A DNA stretch of 58,699 bases, filler included, from Sphacelaria rigidula (GCA_964200075.2; 9 parts of 9 records of this genome joined end to end with filler, not necessarily neighbours in it), one strand, 5' to 3'; counted from the whole stretch's first letter, positions 11,406 to 23,906 are shown. The notes: a model not told the origin generated them from the letters alone. Numbers and translations are program-made.

Positions 11406-11592
11406 TGTAAGCGGTAGGCTCCGCTATTTCAACTAATTAAATAAAATATAAGAAAGAATACAGCAAGATTATCAACTCCAATTGTTTATCTTACTGATTA
11501 AAAGTGCGCAAACCAGGTTGGCTGCTTCACCACAAACAAACAGCATATGGATTCCCACAATCCCTACAAACTACATCAATCTACCTGATACA
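11406..11592 (-). repeat. Putative single LTR of the copia element (about 187 bp, TGTA...TACA)
   Basis: On the minus strand it starts TGTATCAG after CAGCGGTG (weak PPT candidate) and ends CTTACA directly before the 15-nt primer-site candidate. Only one copy is present, so the boundaries are inferred, especially the 5' one. Confidence 0.55.
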
Positions 11593-12048
11593 CACCGCTG
11601 ATTATGTCTAGAATATCAGATAGGCAGAATCACAACAGGTTGATGAACTAAAACTACTCAAAATCACAACATTATATATCAAAATTTTTGCCAATTTATT
11701 CCGGATAATAACATGTGTGGAGTTCGCTAATTAATAATGTTTCACATTTTTGCGTTTCACACTCAAAATGTCATATACACTCAAAAACATGTTTTTTTCA
11801 ATTTTCTCGCCAAATAAAGCGTGTTTGAGCGTGATATTTACGACTTAGAGTTTTCACAGCAGACTCTGGACGACCCTCGACGACATATATTGTGTACAAA
11901 ATTAATACCGATTTTATTATTTCCACTAAATTTTCCATTCTTTATTATTCAGTTTTTGTATTTACTGTATCATAAATTTAGATTCTTGATTCTAGATTTT
12001 GACTTAATAAATCCATTGTTAATTATTATTTAATAATTGTATTCAGTC

Positions 12049-12968
12049 TTATAATAAGCTTAATCCTTGCACATCTCTCAAGAACTCCTGATGATCTAAG
12101 CGATCTCCAAGCTTAGTAAACTTATCTGCTGATAAAATCTTACCCGACATATATTCTAAATTAAAGTTCTGCATCAGGTATTGTTCTCTTGTATACCACA
12201 TTCTTAATTCCATATGTCTAACACCTTTAGCTACTCCTTCTCCTTTCACAAAACCAATCATAGCTTGATTATCACAGTTTAATACAGGTTGATTCTGTTC
12301 TATACCAAGTTGCTTTAACAAGTTAACCAAGAATCTCATCACCTTCATTCCACGTGAACAAGCATCTAACTCAGCTTCGAATGAAGATAAGGAAACAGTA
12401 TGTCCAGCATTCGACTTAGCTATTACACCACCAGATTTATCACCTAATCTCATAAAAACTGCTGATATACTCCTACCCTTAGGTCCAGTACCCAATGAAG
12501 CATCCGTAGACCCAATTATACCAACATCATCACTACCACCTAACACTAGAGGTATGTCTATACTATGATATAGGTATGAAACTACATATAATGCCATGTC
12601 CATATGATGTTGTCTAGGTGCTTTAGTGAACCAAGCTAGGTATGTAGTAGCAAAAATAATGTCCAATCGTACCCCATTCAGCCATATTAAGCTCCCTACT
12701 ATCTGCATATAGCGTTCACGCCCCTTATTATCCAAGAATGATCTCTTAATGTCCGATAACTCCTCAAACTGATGATCGTGCACTATATACCCAGATTGTG
12801 GTATAGGCACATGCTTCACCTTACTATTAGTCATATGAAACTTTTCTGCTAACTCTCTTATCTTATCCCGCATATAAATGCTTATAGTATTACTGTTGTA
12901 ATCCCTAACTAACTCCATACCTAATACATTCTTTGGATCCCAAATAGGAGGAGTAGTAGTGCATAATT
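12049..12968 (-). CDS. pol: Pol of the copia element, part 2: RT end and RNase H (joined Pol is 1345 aa from ATG 9718)
   Basis: YMQIVGSLIWL...RLDI; RNase H motifs TDASL, SLSSFEAE, CDNQAMI, RHMELR, ADKFTK; in frame with part 1 through the 66-bp overlap. Confidence 0.95.
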
Positions 12969-13068
12969 NNNNNNNNNNNNNNNNNNNNNNNNNNNNNNNN
13001 NNNNNNNNNNNNTTAATTAATTAANNNNNNNNNNNNNNNNNNNNNNNNNNNNNNNNNNNNNNNNNNNN

Positions 13069-15541
13069 CTGTTTCGGGGCATTGCAGGTCGAGCGCGTAG
13101 ATGGGCGTAGAAAAACGCCGGATGGGGTAGACGCCTGGTTCGTCAGGTTCAGTCAAGCGGCAAGCGGGACTGAAATCTACCGCTGTAGGAGGTAGGGGTA
13201 ATCGCGAAAGAAGGTCAGCATTGCCGTTGGTTTTGCCCGGACGGTGTCTGACAGTGTACTGGTAGGCAGTCAAGAACTCTAGCCACCGTTGTACGCGGAG
13301 CTTATGTTCTCCAACCTTAGCGAGTCGTTCAAGAGCTCCGTGATCTGCATAGATGTGGAAAGGCACGTGGAACGAGTACTGTCGAAGCCTTTTAATAGCC
13401 CGAGCTATGACTCCGCCTTCGAGTTCGAATGGACTCCACTTTGCCTCATTTGGGAGGGTCGCGCGGCTGATGTACAAAACAGGTCGCACAGAGCCATCCA
13501 GTTGAGGCTGATTCAAAACCGCGCCGAACCCATCTGTGCTAGCCTCGGTGTGTAGTTGGAAAAGACGTGAGCCGTCTTGTACCGCATCCCAATCCGGGAA
13601 ACAAAGAACCGGTTTTTCGGTCAGTATTTTGAGCAGTTCGCGGACTGTGGCCTCCATGTCTTTAGTGAAGACAAACGGGACGTTTTTATACAGTAAATCT
13701 GTGATGGGCCGGATCCGCTTGGACAAGTTGGGCAAAACTTTGCGATAGTATGAAAGTCCGCCTAACAGCGAGCGAAGCTGCGAAATATTGGTGGGCATGG
13801 GCAGATCTGTCATAGCTTTGACCTTGTTTGTGTCGGGGTGCAATCCAGCAGGAGAGATAGAGTGTTCAAACAAATCCAATTCAGTGGCTCCGAGTCGAGC
13901 TGTGGATGGAGACAATTTTAAGTCGTGTGTACGAAAGCGGGAGAGAAATTCCCGTAGAGTGCGAACATGCGCCTTGGGGGAGGCATCAAAAGCGATAGCA
14001 TCGTCTAGATACATGATAACATGCTCGAGACCGTCAGTAACGCGTTGCATGAGACGTTGAAAGCAGCCAGGTGCGGTGGCAACGCCTTGTGGCATACGAA
14101 GCCATTCAAAAAGCCCTGAAGATGTACAGAACGCTGTCAAGGGGGCTGTATCGGGATGAATTGCATTTTTGAAAAACCCAGACGCCAGATCGAAAGTGCT
14201 GAATATGTTTCCTTCGCCAAGAGTGTCGAAGACTTCGTCGATGCGAGGTATGGGGAGTTTTCCCACGACAGTGACACGGTTCAGCCGTTTGTAGTTTACG
14301 GTGATGCGTATGTTGCCATCTTTTTTGGGGACGACCACAAGGGGTGAGGCCCATGGCGAAGATGAGTGTTGAATCAGACCAGCTCCTAAGTAGGCATCCA
14401 AAATAGCATTGACTTTTTTGGTGGGGAGGGGATTCGTTCGATAGGGTCGAGATGAGATTGGCGGAACGCCAGGTTGCAGTGTTATCTCGAATGGCAATGT
14501 TTTACAATTCCCGAGATTCGTCTTGGATCGTGAAAACCTGTCCTGATATTCCAGGAGAAGATCTTGTAACTCTTGGATGACGGCGGGCTCCCAGCCCGGA
14601 CCATGTAGGTCAAAATGGATATCACGCAAATGAGGTGGAAGTTGATGCCACATTTGCAAGATTTGTTCCCGAAAATCGACTGACAAGCGTTGAAGCACTT
14701 CATCAAGAGGTTTAGCAGGGGGTCTGTCAGATTCCACCGCGGAAATCTGAGGCGGCGATGGGGCGGAGAGATTGAAGTATGGCTCATCGACGCAGTGAAC
14801 AAAACCATCAGTCGGCGGCGTGAGATCAGGCGCCGGAGGGTCGGCTACACAGGTTTCGAGAGGAATGTGCATAAGAGGAGCCGCGGCGATGCCCAATAAA
14901 TTACCAGGTTTCAAATTAGCATGGCCTGTGAGAGGCAGGAGTTGTTCGCTGTTCGAGACAAGATGCTCAGTGCCAGCGGGCGCACCGACTTTGGACAGAA
15001 ATTCCGCAAGGTAGTGGCCTGTGAGGGCAGGCATACCGTTGCGGCGAACAAGCAAAACTTCCAAAAGTTGAGGTTCGTCGGAAAGGGTGACGCCAGAACT
15101 GCCATTGTACCGTAGATGGTAAGCCGCTCCAGTAGCCTGCTCATTCTTTTTGTAGGCTAAGGCACCATTGAGGGTACCAAAGTGTTCCAGTTGGAGCTCT
15201 CCACGAGGCGCCGACTGAGGCGATAATGGTGGGAGGGTGCGGTACGTACGTTGGTCGAACCGCATGTAGCTATCTCTGCCAAGAAGGAGAGCATGATGCA
15301 TGGTGCTATCAGGGACGATGTAAGCCCAGACTGCGAGACTAGCCGAACGTGTATCGTGGTGGAAGAATTGCACACTAAGACGAACAGGTTTTCGTGTCAA
15401 GGGTGAATTTGAGTCGCCGAAATCGCCCCAAACGCGAGGTTGGGTGGTGATTTCGCAGACATCGGAAGCAGCGCTAGTCTGCTTCATATGATTCCACATG
15501 GATTCTTTGATGAATGTCGGTGGACTTCCGCTGTCTAACAA
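13069..15541 (-). pseudogene. pol: Ty3/gypsy pol: protease, RT, RNase H (cut by the contig end before integrase)
   Basis: LDSGS; SPWASPLVVVPKKDGNIRITVNYKRLN; LPIPRIDE; FDLASGF; MPQG; YLDD; LRSLLGGLSYYRK; LHTEAS (expected catalytic D is E); ADHGAL; NADLLSR. Confidence 0.92.
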
Positions 15542-16926
15542 CTAGACGCACTTAGCACGCGCGGTGGCGTAAGGACCGCAGTGTAATGCTACGCGGGTAG
15601 TGAAGGTGGCAGGATCAACGGACACCTTACCACCAACAAGGTCAGGGTCATGTTCAGATAAAGTGAATTGGTCAGGAGATACTTTCTACGATAGCCCCCT
15701 CCCAAAACCAGCCCAAAAGTGTCACGGAAAAAATGGCCATACAGCGCCTGATGTTTGGGTTCAGGCTGCATGAAGCGCCTCATATTGGCGATATTGGCTA
15801 GAACGAGCCCGAACGTGGGAATTCCCAGCTGCTCGTTGTGCTCGGCTTTTCTCATTTCGATTTACGTGAAGATTTTGCCTCGCAAAACCATGCACTTTTT
15901 CGGGGGGGGGCTATCGTAGAAAGTGTCAGGATTAGTTGGACTGACCGTGAAAACGGATGGCGGGTGATCCGCGGGGGGTTCGAAGGTATCGGTAGACATC
16001 TTGGGGGGCTTATCCGATCGTGAAGGGCAGCGTAATTCATGATTTTGATCAATCTCGTAAATCACTGGCTTGGAAGTACAAGGATCATTGTTGAAGAGAG
16101 ATTGCTGTGAAGTGCGACAGGGGTAATCGGTGGAGGATGCGGTACCGTCTGAAAGGTCCGATTTGGATTCCTCTGGGATGCCTGGCAATGTCATCGAGCT
16201 CGTCCGATTTGGATTCCTCTGGGAGAATGAGGTCGGAATTTTCCTCTGACGGGAGGGGGGCGTGTCAACGCTCAAGCTTCCGTGGGGGCATGACGACGAG
16301 GCTTCCTCTCGTGCCATGACAAATGACTGGGAACTTCCAAGACTCCTTGGGAAACGGCAACTGCGTCCAGTTGAGGTGATGTTGTCAACATCGGGGCATG
16401 CTCGGCCGAAACTTGTGGACTGTCCGCTGGCAAGCTCGGTACAAAGAGCACTGCTGAATATGAAAGGGGACGAGTGTTGTCTGCTGCATGTCGGGGTAGT
16501 ATCGCGGAAGAAGAGTGTCGCGAAAAACGACTGCGATCAGGCCGGCGGGAGTCGAAGGGTTTGAAGTGGTCAGTTTCGAACCATCAACACCAGAACCAGG
16601 TGAAGGAAGTCTGCTACAACCGGTGCGTGCGGTCGTTGGGGGAAGTCGTGCCTCAAGAGTCCGCGGTCAGTCTTCCCACACCTCCGATTTATACTTAGTT
16701 CCGGAGGACCAAGTTCGGAGTCAAGCATAGAGCTGGGTTGTGAGTCAACACAACGGTTACGCTGCGTAGATAAAGATAAAGACGGGGGTCGAGAAGAACG
16801 GCCGTTTATTGATTTTCGGAATAGTGATGGGTGAGAACGTGTTGTCACCCGAGCGGTGTTGTGATTTAGATGAGTCTTCGAGTCTGCTATCGGCGGCACC
16901 GAAGACTTCACGCCGTCATCGGCGTG

Positions 16927-19474
16927 TCATGGGTCGTTGCGATCCGTTATGAAAGAACCAGGGAATCTGGCATTGGGGTTGGTGTTGTGGTGAGTCGGCC
17001 CTGTTCGCTGGTGATGATCATGCGAAGACTGAGAAGGGCGGAAAGCACTATCTCTATGGCGAGTCCCTGAGACTGTGTTAGTGGTGTGGCGGCGGTTGCG
17101 ATTTGAGCGAGAGTCGCTATGAGTTTGGTAAGGCTGGCGAGGGTGGCGAGAAGGTGGAGTATACTCGCGCATGCGTTTTTGCCATCGATGCCACACCTGC
17201 CTGTTGCTCGGAAGTTCAGGGTTCATGAGCGAAAAAATATTGATGCAAGGTTCAGGGCAATCTCGCATACTGTGGCCAGTACCACTGCAGTTAATGCATG
17301 TGTTAGCATGGCGACGAAAAGCATCCCTGCGAGCCGAAGGCGATAGCAAGGGGGTCCACAAATGTGGGTCATTGGTGATGAAAGCAGTCGTTGAAACGCC
17401 ATAAACGTTATCAAAAGTGTCTGCCGAAAAAGGCCAAGCATCAAAGCTTGCACGGAACGGGTCTCTTTTGTTACGAACAGGCATGACCGATCCACCGACA
17501 GAGTTTGGTGTCCAAGTATTATTGGACAAAGTCTGAGTGCGTCTACGAGGCCCGGAGGTACTCGTTGAAGCGGCACGCAAGGTCTGCGAAGACCCAGAAG
17601 AACACTGTGCGCCACGAATGGCAGGCGTTAAATTTTGTTCCTGATCTACAAACGCATTTCACATCGCGTTCACACAGGCGTAAGGCACCTCTGTGGGCGT
17701 CAAAGCGCCCGGAAACAAAGACGGCATCAGCGTCGGAAATTGCTGAGCAATACTATTGCGAACGTATGTTTGACACATAGCATCACTAGGGCCATTCTGT
17801 CGCCCGGTACCAGTCACACTCGACACCAAAAGCTTGAATTCGCGGAGTTAGTCAGCAAAGGGCACGTCTGTCGCGACGGCGAAGGAACTAAGGCGTTTGA
17901 TGGCGCCTGCCTGATCAGACTTATCGAAATACCCCATGAAACGCCTTTCCAAAATGCTGAATAATAACGGCGCTGGTTGCCCGCTGGCACGAGCTTGGTC
18001 CACGACGGCGAAGAAGGAATCGAGAATCTGCGTCAAAGAGGCAACAACGTCAGGGGAGCGACGGCTAATTGAGCGGTGCAAAGCCTTATGCAGCGGTGCA
18101 AAGACTTATGCAGTCAGAGTCTTCGAAGCGTTGTTGACCAGTTGCATCGGCCAACTCAAGGATATTGCGCATCGTTCGACGCAGAGAAGAAATGAGAGCG
18201 GACGTAAACTGACCAGAGTCCTCATTGTCTGCAGCAGGCATGGTTTTGATATGCCATAATTTCCTAACATCCATCTGTAAGTATTCACGTTTGATTGCTG
18301 CGACACGAGAAGCTTCTCTCCGAGTATCAGCAGCGGCTTTGTCAGCGACTGCTTGTTGTTTAGCGGCGGCGGCGGCAGCTAGTGACCGAGCCGAGTTGGA
18401 AGACAATGGGCGAGCCGAACTATCACTGTCACTATCCGTGAGACCTAAGATGCGAGCAGACGCATCAGCTAAAGGAGGCGTTACTTGCCCGACGGCCGAT
18501 GAGGACCGGTCGTACCGCGTTGAGGCGTGGTGGCGGTGTCGTGCAGTCGACGAACCCGAAGACTGGTTGCCAGCCCGTTTGTGAGTGCCGCGAGTCGATC
18601 GTCGATTGTTGTTGGTAAGACGGTGGGGCCCGTGTCCACGGCGTGATGCAGCCTCGGAAGGGTCGTCGTCAGAGTCGTCATCATCATGACGATGGCGAAG
18701 GGGGTGCGGGGTGATCCAAGCTCCATCATTGTCGGGCGGCAGTGTGTTGCGGGCTGCCCGCATGGCGGCAAAGAGGGCGGCGACGGCGGTCTCATTTTGA
18801 GAACGAGCGTCCCCGGTACCAATCGTGAGATAAAACACGATCCGTTCAATGGTAAGAGCGCCGGGGTCGTTGCGCGGGAGTTGTCCACCTTGTTGGAGGA
18901 AGGGGACGATGACACCATTGACGGGCAGGATGAGGGAGATCCGAGCCTGCTCAGAGGCGCGGAGTATGTTGTTGCAAGTGTTCTCCCCCGAAAGTTGACG
19001 GAGCGTCCAACCGAACCAAGCACGTTCGCTACACTGCAGATGCAGCCCGGGTGTGGCGGCGGGGGGCGCCGAAGCCCGAGGGACCTGCAGTGGTGCAGGC
19101 GGGGGAAGCGTAAGCGAAGTCGCAGAAGCCGCGGCAGCAGCGCGTAAGCGCGAAGGCTGGCGATCTGTTCGAGAGCCAGGAATGGCGGCGGCAGGTGCAG
19201 TCTCGGCCGGCATGGTCCGGAGCAGAGGAAGATGTAGTTCCTGTTCCATGGAACGTAGGGCCGTAGTCGCAGTTTCGGTCGCGGTCTCGCATGGACGCAA
19301 ACGGTGTTCATCGCGGCGTACGGAATCCTGTAACTGACCGAGCGCAGCGAAGCGTTCATTGAGGGTACGCTGAGTCGCCCGCTGGCGGCTGGATGCTGAA
19401 TCAACGGCCTGGCGTTGGCGCGCCAGTCGTTCCGCGAGGTCATCCGGAGGGAGACGGGGAGCAGCGTTGTCCAC
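16927..19474 (-). pseudogene. gag: Frameshifted gag region of the same Ty3/gypsy element
   Basis: Successive minus-strand ORFs (18086-19474, 17848-18081, 16927-17580) upstream of pol; the last has the CCHC knuckle CINCSGTGHSMRDC. Confidence 0.8.
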
Positions 19475-19602
19475 CGGTTGTCGGGGTGAAGGTGGTGCCG
19501 GGNNNNNNNNNNNNNNNNNNNNNNNNNNNNNNNNNNNNNNNNNNNNTTAATTAATTAANNNNNNNNNNNNNNNNNNNNNNNNNNNNNNNNNNNNNNNNNN
19601 NN

Positions 19603-19677
19603 GGAGTTCCTTCGGCATCAGGACGGCAGTCTCCCCCCGTAGGTCTCTGACTACTCTAGCGATACGCCTTCCTTACA
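19603..19677 (-). repeat. Probable LTR 5' terminus (TGTAAGGAAGGCGTATCG...), shared with 52268-52323
   Basis: Near-identical sequence at the start of contigs 4 and 9; similarity stops exactly at a minus-strand TG. Confidence 0.7.
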
Positions 19678-21627
19678 GAGACAGTCGAGAGTTGTACTGC
19701 ACTCTTGTTGCACTGTCTGTACACAGTTTTGTATACTTTCTGTAGCAAGTGTTCTGTCCTGTACTACTGTCTGTAGTACAAGTGTGCACATGCCTTTGTG
19801 CGTGCGTTGGCATACGTTGAGAAAGTGCATTCGTTTTCGATCAAGGTTCACTATACGCAGTAATCCTAGCTGCGTTGAGGGGAACGGGGGAACAGAGTCG
19901 CCTGTGGCCTGGCAAAATATCACGTGGAAGGGCTGAAGTGGGGCCGCTCATGCAGCCGCTACGAGGACTCCGAACAAATCGCCACCCAACGGTGGTGTAC
20001 CTACGCGAGGGAAGCAAGCTGCACATTGGGTGGTCATTTTTTCAAGTCCTCGTAGCAGCTGCTTGAGCGGCCGACTCTCGCCCTTTCGCATCATCATAAG
20101 CGAGTTCGACTGGGTCTCTTCTCCCCCGTTCGCCTTCAAGTGTTCCTCGTAGTCTTGGGTCACCCTCGTGAACGAGCTGCCATCACCAGCGTTGTCGCGG
20201 GCGTTCACGGCATCCGCCATCGCCTCACTTACGATATTTTCCCTACGACTGTGTTCTGTAAACCTTCGTCGTTATCGGGCAGGGTGTCTAGTTCCGTTTC
20301 ATAACCCTGAGTGTGGCACCAACGCTTTGGGATGTTTAGCAACTCAAGGTTGATTTTAAAATTTTCATTTAAATCCTGAGTTGCTGCGCGTGTCTCTTCT
20401 CAGGGTCCAGTTTTCGGGATAGGGGAATTCGTCATATCCTGGTCTTGAATCTCAACTTCTAAACCCTGACCCTGAGTTTTTCCGGTCAGTTTTTTGTTCC
20501 CGAAACTCTCCAATGTCCTCAATCCGCTGAAGTAGAAGCTATCGACTGACTTGCGCTTCTTTGAAAGCTGGCCATCACACGCGTATGATCGACTGAGATA
20601 CTTGGGGAATTCGGAAAAGTAATGTATGGCACAAAACAAATGAGCAAGCTTTCATCCACGTTCAAGGCCGACCAGTAGGGACTCAGCTAGTTCATATGGG
20701 CAAGAGCCATGATGTTGTCCAAAAGTAGTTCACTAGGCCTAGGCCTTAAGGCCATGTTGGCAAGTATCCAAAAGGAGGGCGACAAAACCAAGAGCTGAGG
20801 CGACACAAACCGGCGTGAGTCACTGATCCAAGTGAGGGGGATGAGGGCGATGAGGGCTGCCCCCTCGTTCCCAAGACTGACCTCAGTGCCTTCGTCGGTA
20901 GCTACCGACGAAAACCAACGCAAAATAACATATAATCATGGGCATGAATATCCTATAATGCAGCCCTAACCAGTGCCTACCGTACCAGGAGCAAGCCATC
21001 TGCACGTAAGATCCGGCGGCGCCCTAGCCAGTATTCTCGACCTGCCCAACGGTACCTTCCGGAGTAACCTCTAAACCAAGAGCCCTATTCAAATACCCAG
21101 CAACAATCCGTTGATCTGTCCAAATCGGAGTTTTTTGCATCGAATATTTTAACGAAGCTGATGCCGTGCACAGGTATTTGTCTTCCCGGTACATTTTTGC
21201 ATTTAACAACATGTTCGCGAGATCGATTTAGGGCATATGACCGGCGATCGATTTAGGGCAGGTAACTTGAAGACGTGTGTGCTTTTTCGTTCAGAGCTCG
21301 CGAACAGAAGGGAGGAAGATAATCTTGTTCCAACGACGATTGAGGTTAGCGGCGGTCCGAACCAAGTGCGAGAGACGGTGACTTTGTCTCTTTATGTATC
21401 CTACTCTAGGCCTCTGTGTGCCGTCATCAGTCAGTATTGGGGCGTGGGCCACAATGACGGGGGGGGGGGGGCTGCTGGCACAGCATGTCTTCGACAACCA
21501 GAAGAGCCATGGGTGTCTGCAGGTAGATTTGCCCCAAATCATCCGTACCCCCCTCCAACATGCACAATGGCCTGCTGAGGTCGGGATCTTCAGATAAAAT
21601 CGTCCAGGCGCAGGTCGGGCCACAAAA

Positions 21628-21940
21628 GGTTACCACTTGAAGTTTGTTGGTACTACTTGGTTTTAGTGTGGACACCGAAATCCAGATATTTAATGCGGGC
21701 TGTGCTCAAGCATGCTTTCAGCGTGCGTTTTTGTGTAAATCTCCGCCTGCTGCGCCGATTCGATTGAGGTCTGACAAAGCACACTTTGCCTAGGGAAAGC
21801 TTTACACCCCCTTTGCCTGAGAGCTGTCGGTATGTCTTCGTTGGAGTGAGGGCTAGATTTAGTGTTCGTTAGTGTTGACGTTATACGAAATCATACATTT
21901 CCAATGAATTTCCCACCTTTACCAAGTGGTGAACTCACCT
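21628..21940 (-). mobile_element. Diverged inverted copy of the MITE at 28492-28810
   Basis: TTTTAGTGTGGACACCGAAATCCAGATATTTAATG and GATTGAGGTCTGACAAAGCACACTTTGCCTAGG match the reverse complement of 28620-28770. Confidence 0.6.
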
Positions 21941-22221
21941 CGACCGCGTAGGGTATACCCGATATTTGGTGTTTTGACATCTCGAACACGCCAGTAGCTG
22001 TCCACTGATCCTCTTGTTAGACAATCGCATGGAGGAACACACCCTATGCTCGGTACGCTCGCAGACCACGCCCGTCTAACCTACAGTAGGACTAGTGCAG
22101 TCTGGTACACTATTTGCTGCAGTGTCCTCTATACTTCACTTTTTTGTACTGCACTCTACTGTATTGTGCTGACCTTGGGGATCCGTGATTTTCAATTCAG
22201 CAACTACAAAGTTGCCGCCGC

Positions 22222-22295
22222 GCCCCGGTGGTGTAATAGTCCGACTGTCACTATCAGGGTGGGGAGAACGAGGGTTCGAATCCCGATGCGTTGGG
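22222..22295 (+). mobile_element. tRNA-derived SINE-like head (Pol III A and B boxes)
   Basis: A-box TGGTGTAATAG, B-box GGTTCGAATCC, no canonical anticodon arm, T-run downstream; second copy at 32505-32568. Confidence 0.65.
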
Positions 22296-23133
22296 TTTTT
22301 CTTCGAAGTATCTGATTTCCACCGTCGAAAGCGTTAATACGTGAGTAAACAAAAAGCAGTTGAACTGAGGTTGTTTGACGAGAGCTGTCACGGTGCGGGA
22401 GTGCCGGTGCTGACCCAATCTGCGATACCAAAATACAAGGCGTGTGCCGGAGAGAGATGAGTTGATCCCTTGAGACCATTAGCCACGGACTCGTCCAAAG
22501 GAAGGGGAGGAGTTCAACGTGCGACAAACAGATGAAAACAACAAACGAATATATGAGTAAAAAAAGCAATCTTGAGGTTTGTTTTGGTTCCCGAAGTGAT
22601 GGTTACCAGCCGACGAATCAAACAGACTGTAGTATCTCGCAATCTCCTGAATGAAATGGCTATTGGACTTCTGAGCTCAGACAGGTGATGCAAAAACTGA
22701 AATACGTCAAATCGCTCGTGACCGATAGAACACGAGTGAAAAATTGTTCTCTCAGAGTACACTTGAAGCCAACTGATATCAGAGTATTCCGAGGTCTTAT
22801 CCGTTCCACATCGATAAGCCGTAAGTGTTCATAAATGAAATCGTGGGTGAGATGAACTTTTGAAAGCTCTCCCGCAAAGAATCGAATCGGCACATCGACA
22901 CCCTTTTTTAAATATCTGGTGAGGCTTTAGGATGTAGCCATACCCCATGATAACACCTGGGGATCCCGACCTCTGCAGGTCATTGTGCATGATGGAGGGG
23001 AGTACGGATGATTTGGGGCACATCTATCAGCAGACGTCCAGGGCGGTTCTAGTTGTGCAGGACTTGTTGTGCTAGAAGCCCCCCTTTGTGCCCCACGCCC
23101 TCTTGTTATTTATCAGACGTAACGCCTCCGAAA

Positions 23134-23252
23134 TCTCACAGCAACCTGGGCTTCCCCCGTAGTCTCTCACCGTGATGCTAGCCTGGCCCAACGCCGCTTA
23201 ACTCCACAGAGCGAACGGGATATTGTGCTATCGACGTGGTACGGTGGTGCCT
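23134..23252 (-). pseudogene. Diverged 5S rRNA copy (pseudogene or 5S-derived SINE)
   Basis: Minus strand CCGTACCACGTCGATAGCAC...TCCCGTTCGCTCTGTGGAGTTAAGCGGCGTTGGGCCAGGCTAG...GGGAAGCCCAGGTTGCTG follows the eukaryotic 5S pattern over about 119 nt; the terminal helix is disrupted. Confidence 0.8.
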
Positions 23253-23906
23253 GACAGCGTTGCAAGTCGCGAACCTTGATGATTCTCAGTACTCAGCTTA
23301 CTGCAGCAACCGTGCACACAGCAGATACACGTTGGTTGACTTGAGCCGTTTGCGCTGCAGCGCGTGGGCTCAGATGTCCAGTACAGTGTGTTCTTAACTT
23401 CAAGGCTGCTCCCGTGCATGGACAAAAGCCTGGCCTTGTCGCCGTTTCCAGCAAACATGGCCACGTGGTGTACTAAGGCCTGGTAGGCCTTAAGCTGTAT
23501 GATACACTGTAAGGCCGATTCCGGTCTCAAACCGCGCACATCCGTCCCGGATCGGGCCGTGTCCACACCGAGATGAGCGTGTTTCAACCGGTATGGGGCC
23601 CTGGGACACACACTCTATGGTGGAGGAGCAGAACACGAAATGGTGCAGTCCCAGTTGCTGCATTTGCCGTAACTGTGACAGCCTCCTGGTAACTTCCACC
23701 CCACAAACATGTCGAGTCTCAGTCCGACCTAGAGGTGGGCACTGGGAGCCAAAAGAAACAGTGACCGGATAGGAGCGTTATTCTCAGAATCGAAAAACTG
23801 GTTATACCGTTTTTCTCAGCCGTCTAACCGGTTCACCGATGATTGGTTTAACCTGATGAGCAAGGGAAAATGCCTGCATATCATTGAAGCACAGGTGAAC
23901 CAGGCG

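Larger units (their letters stand above)
6535..12968 (-). mobile_element. Intact Ty1/copia LTR retrotransposon, circularly permuted (6368-bp unit, single putative LTR)
   Basis: Domain order gag-PR-IN-RT-RNaseH. The contig ends are an exact 66-bp direct repeat (6535-6600 = 12903-12968) that joins RT in frame (LGMELVR|DYNSN). Confidence 0.95.

Noticed and set aside
11517..11533. TGGTGAAGCAGCC (minus strand) as a tRNA PBS of the copia element
   Set aside because: Not preceded by an LTR-terminal CA and no tRNA match recognised; the 15-nt complement at 11391-11405 fits better. Not formally excluded without a host tRNA search.
18072..18111. 20-bp tandem duplication in gypsy gag as a programmed frameshift signal
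   Set aside because: Removing one unit does not restore the frame and other lesions are nearby; ordinary decay.
20302..20321. TGGTGCCACACTCAGG (minus strand) as a His-type PBS before a short gag-like ORF
   Set aside because: No adjacent LTR-terminal CA, and the downstream ORF is short with no diagnostic motif.
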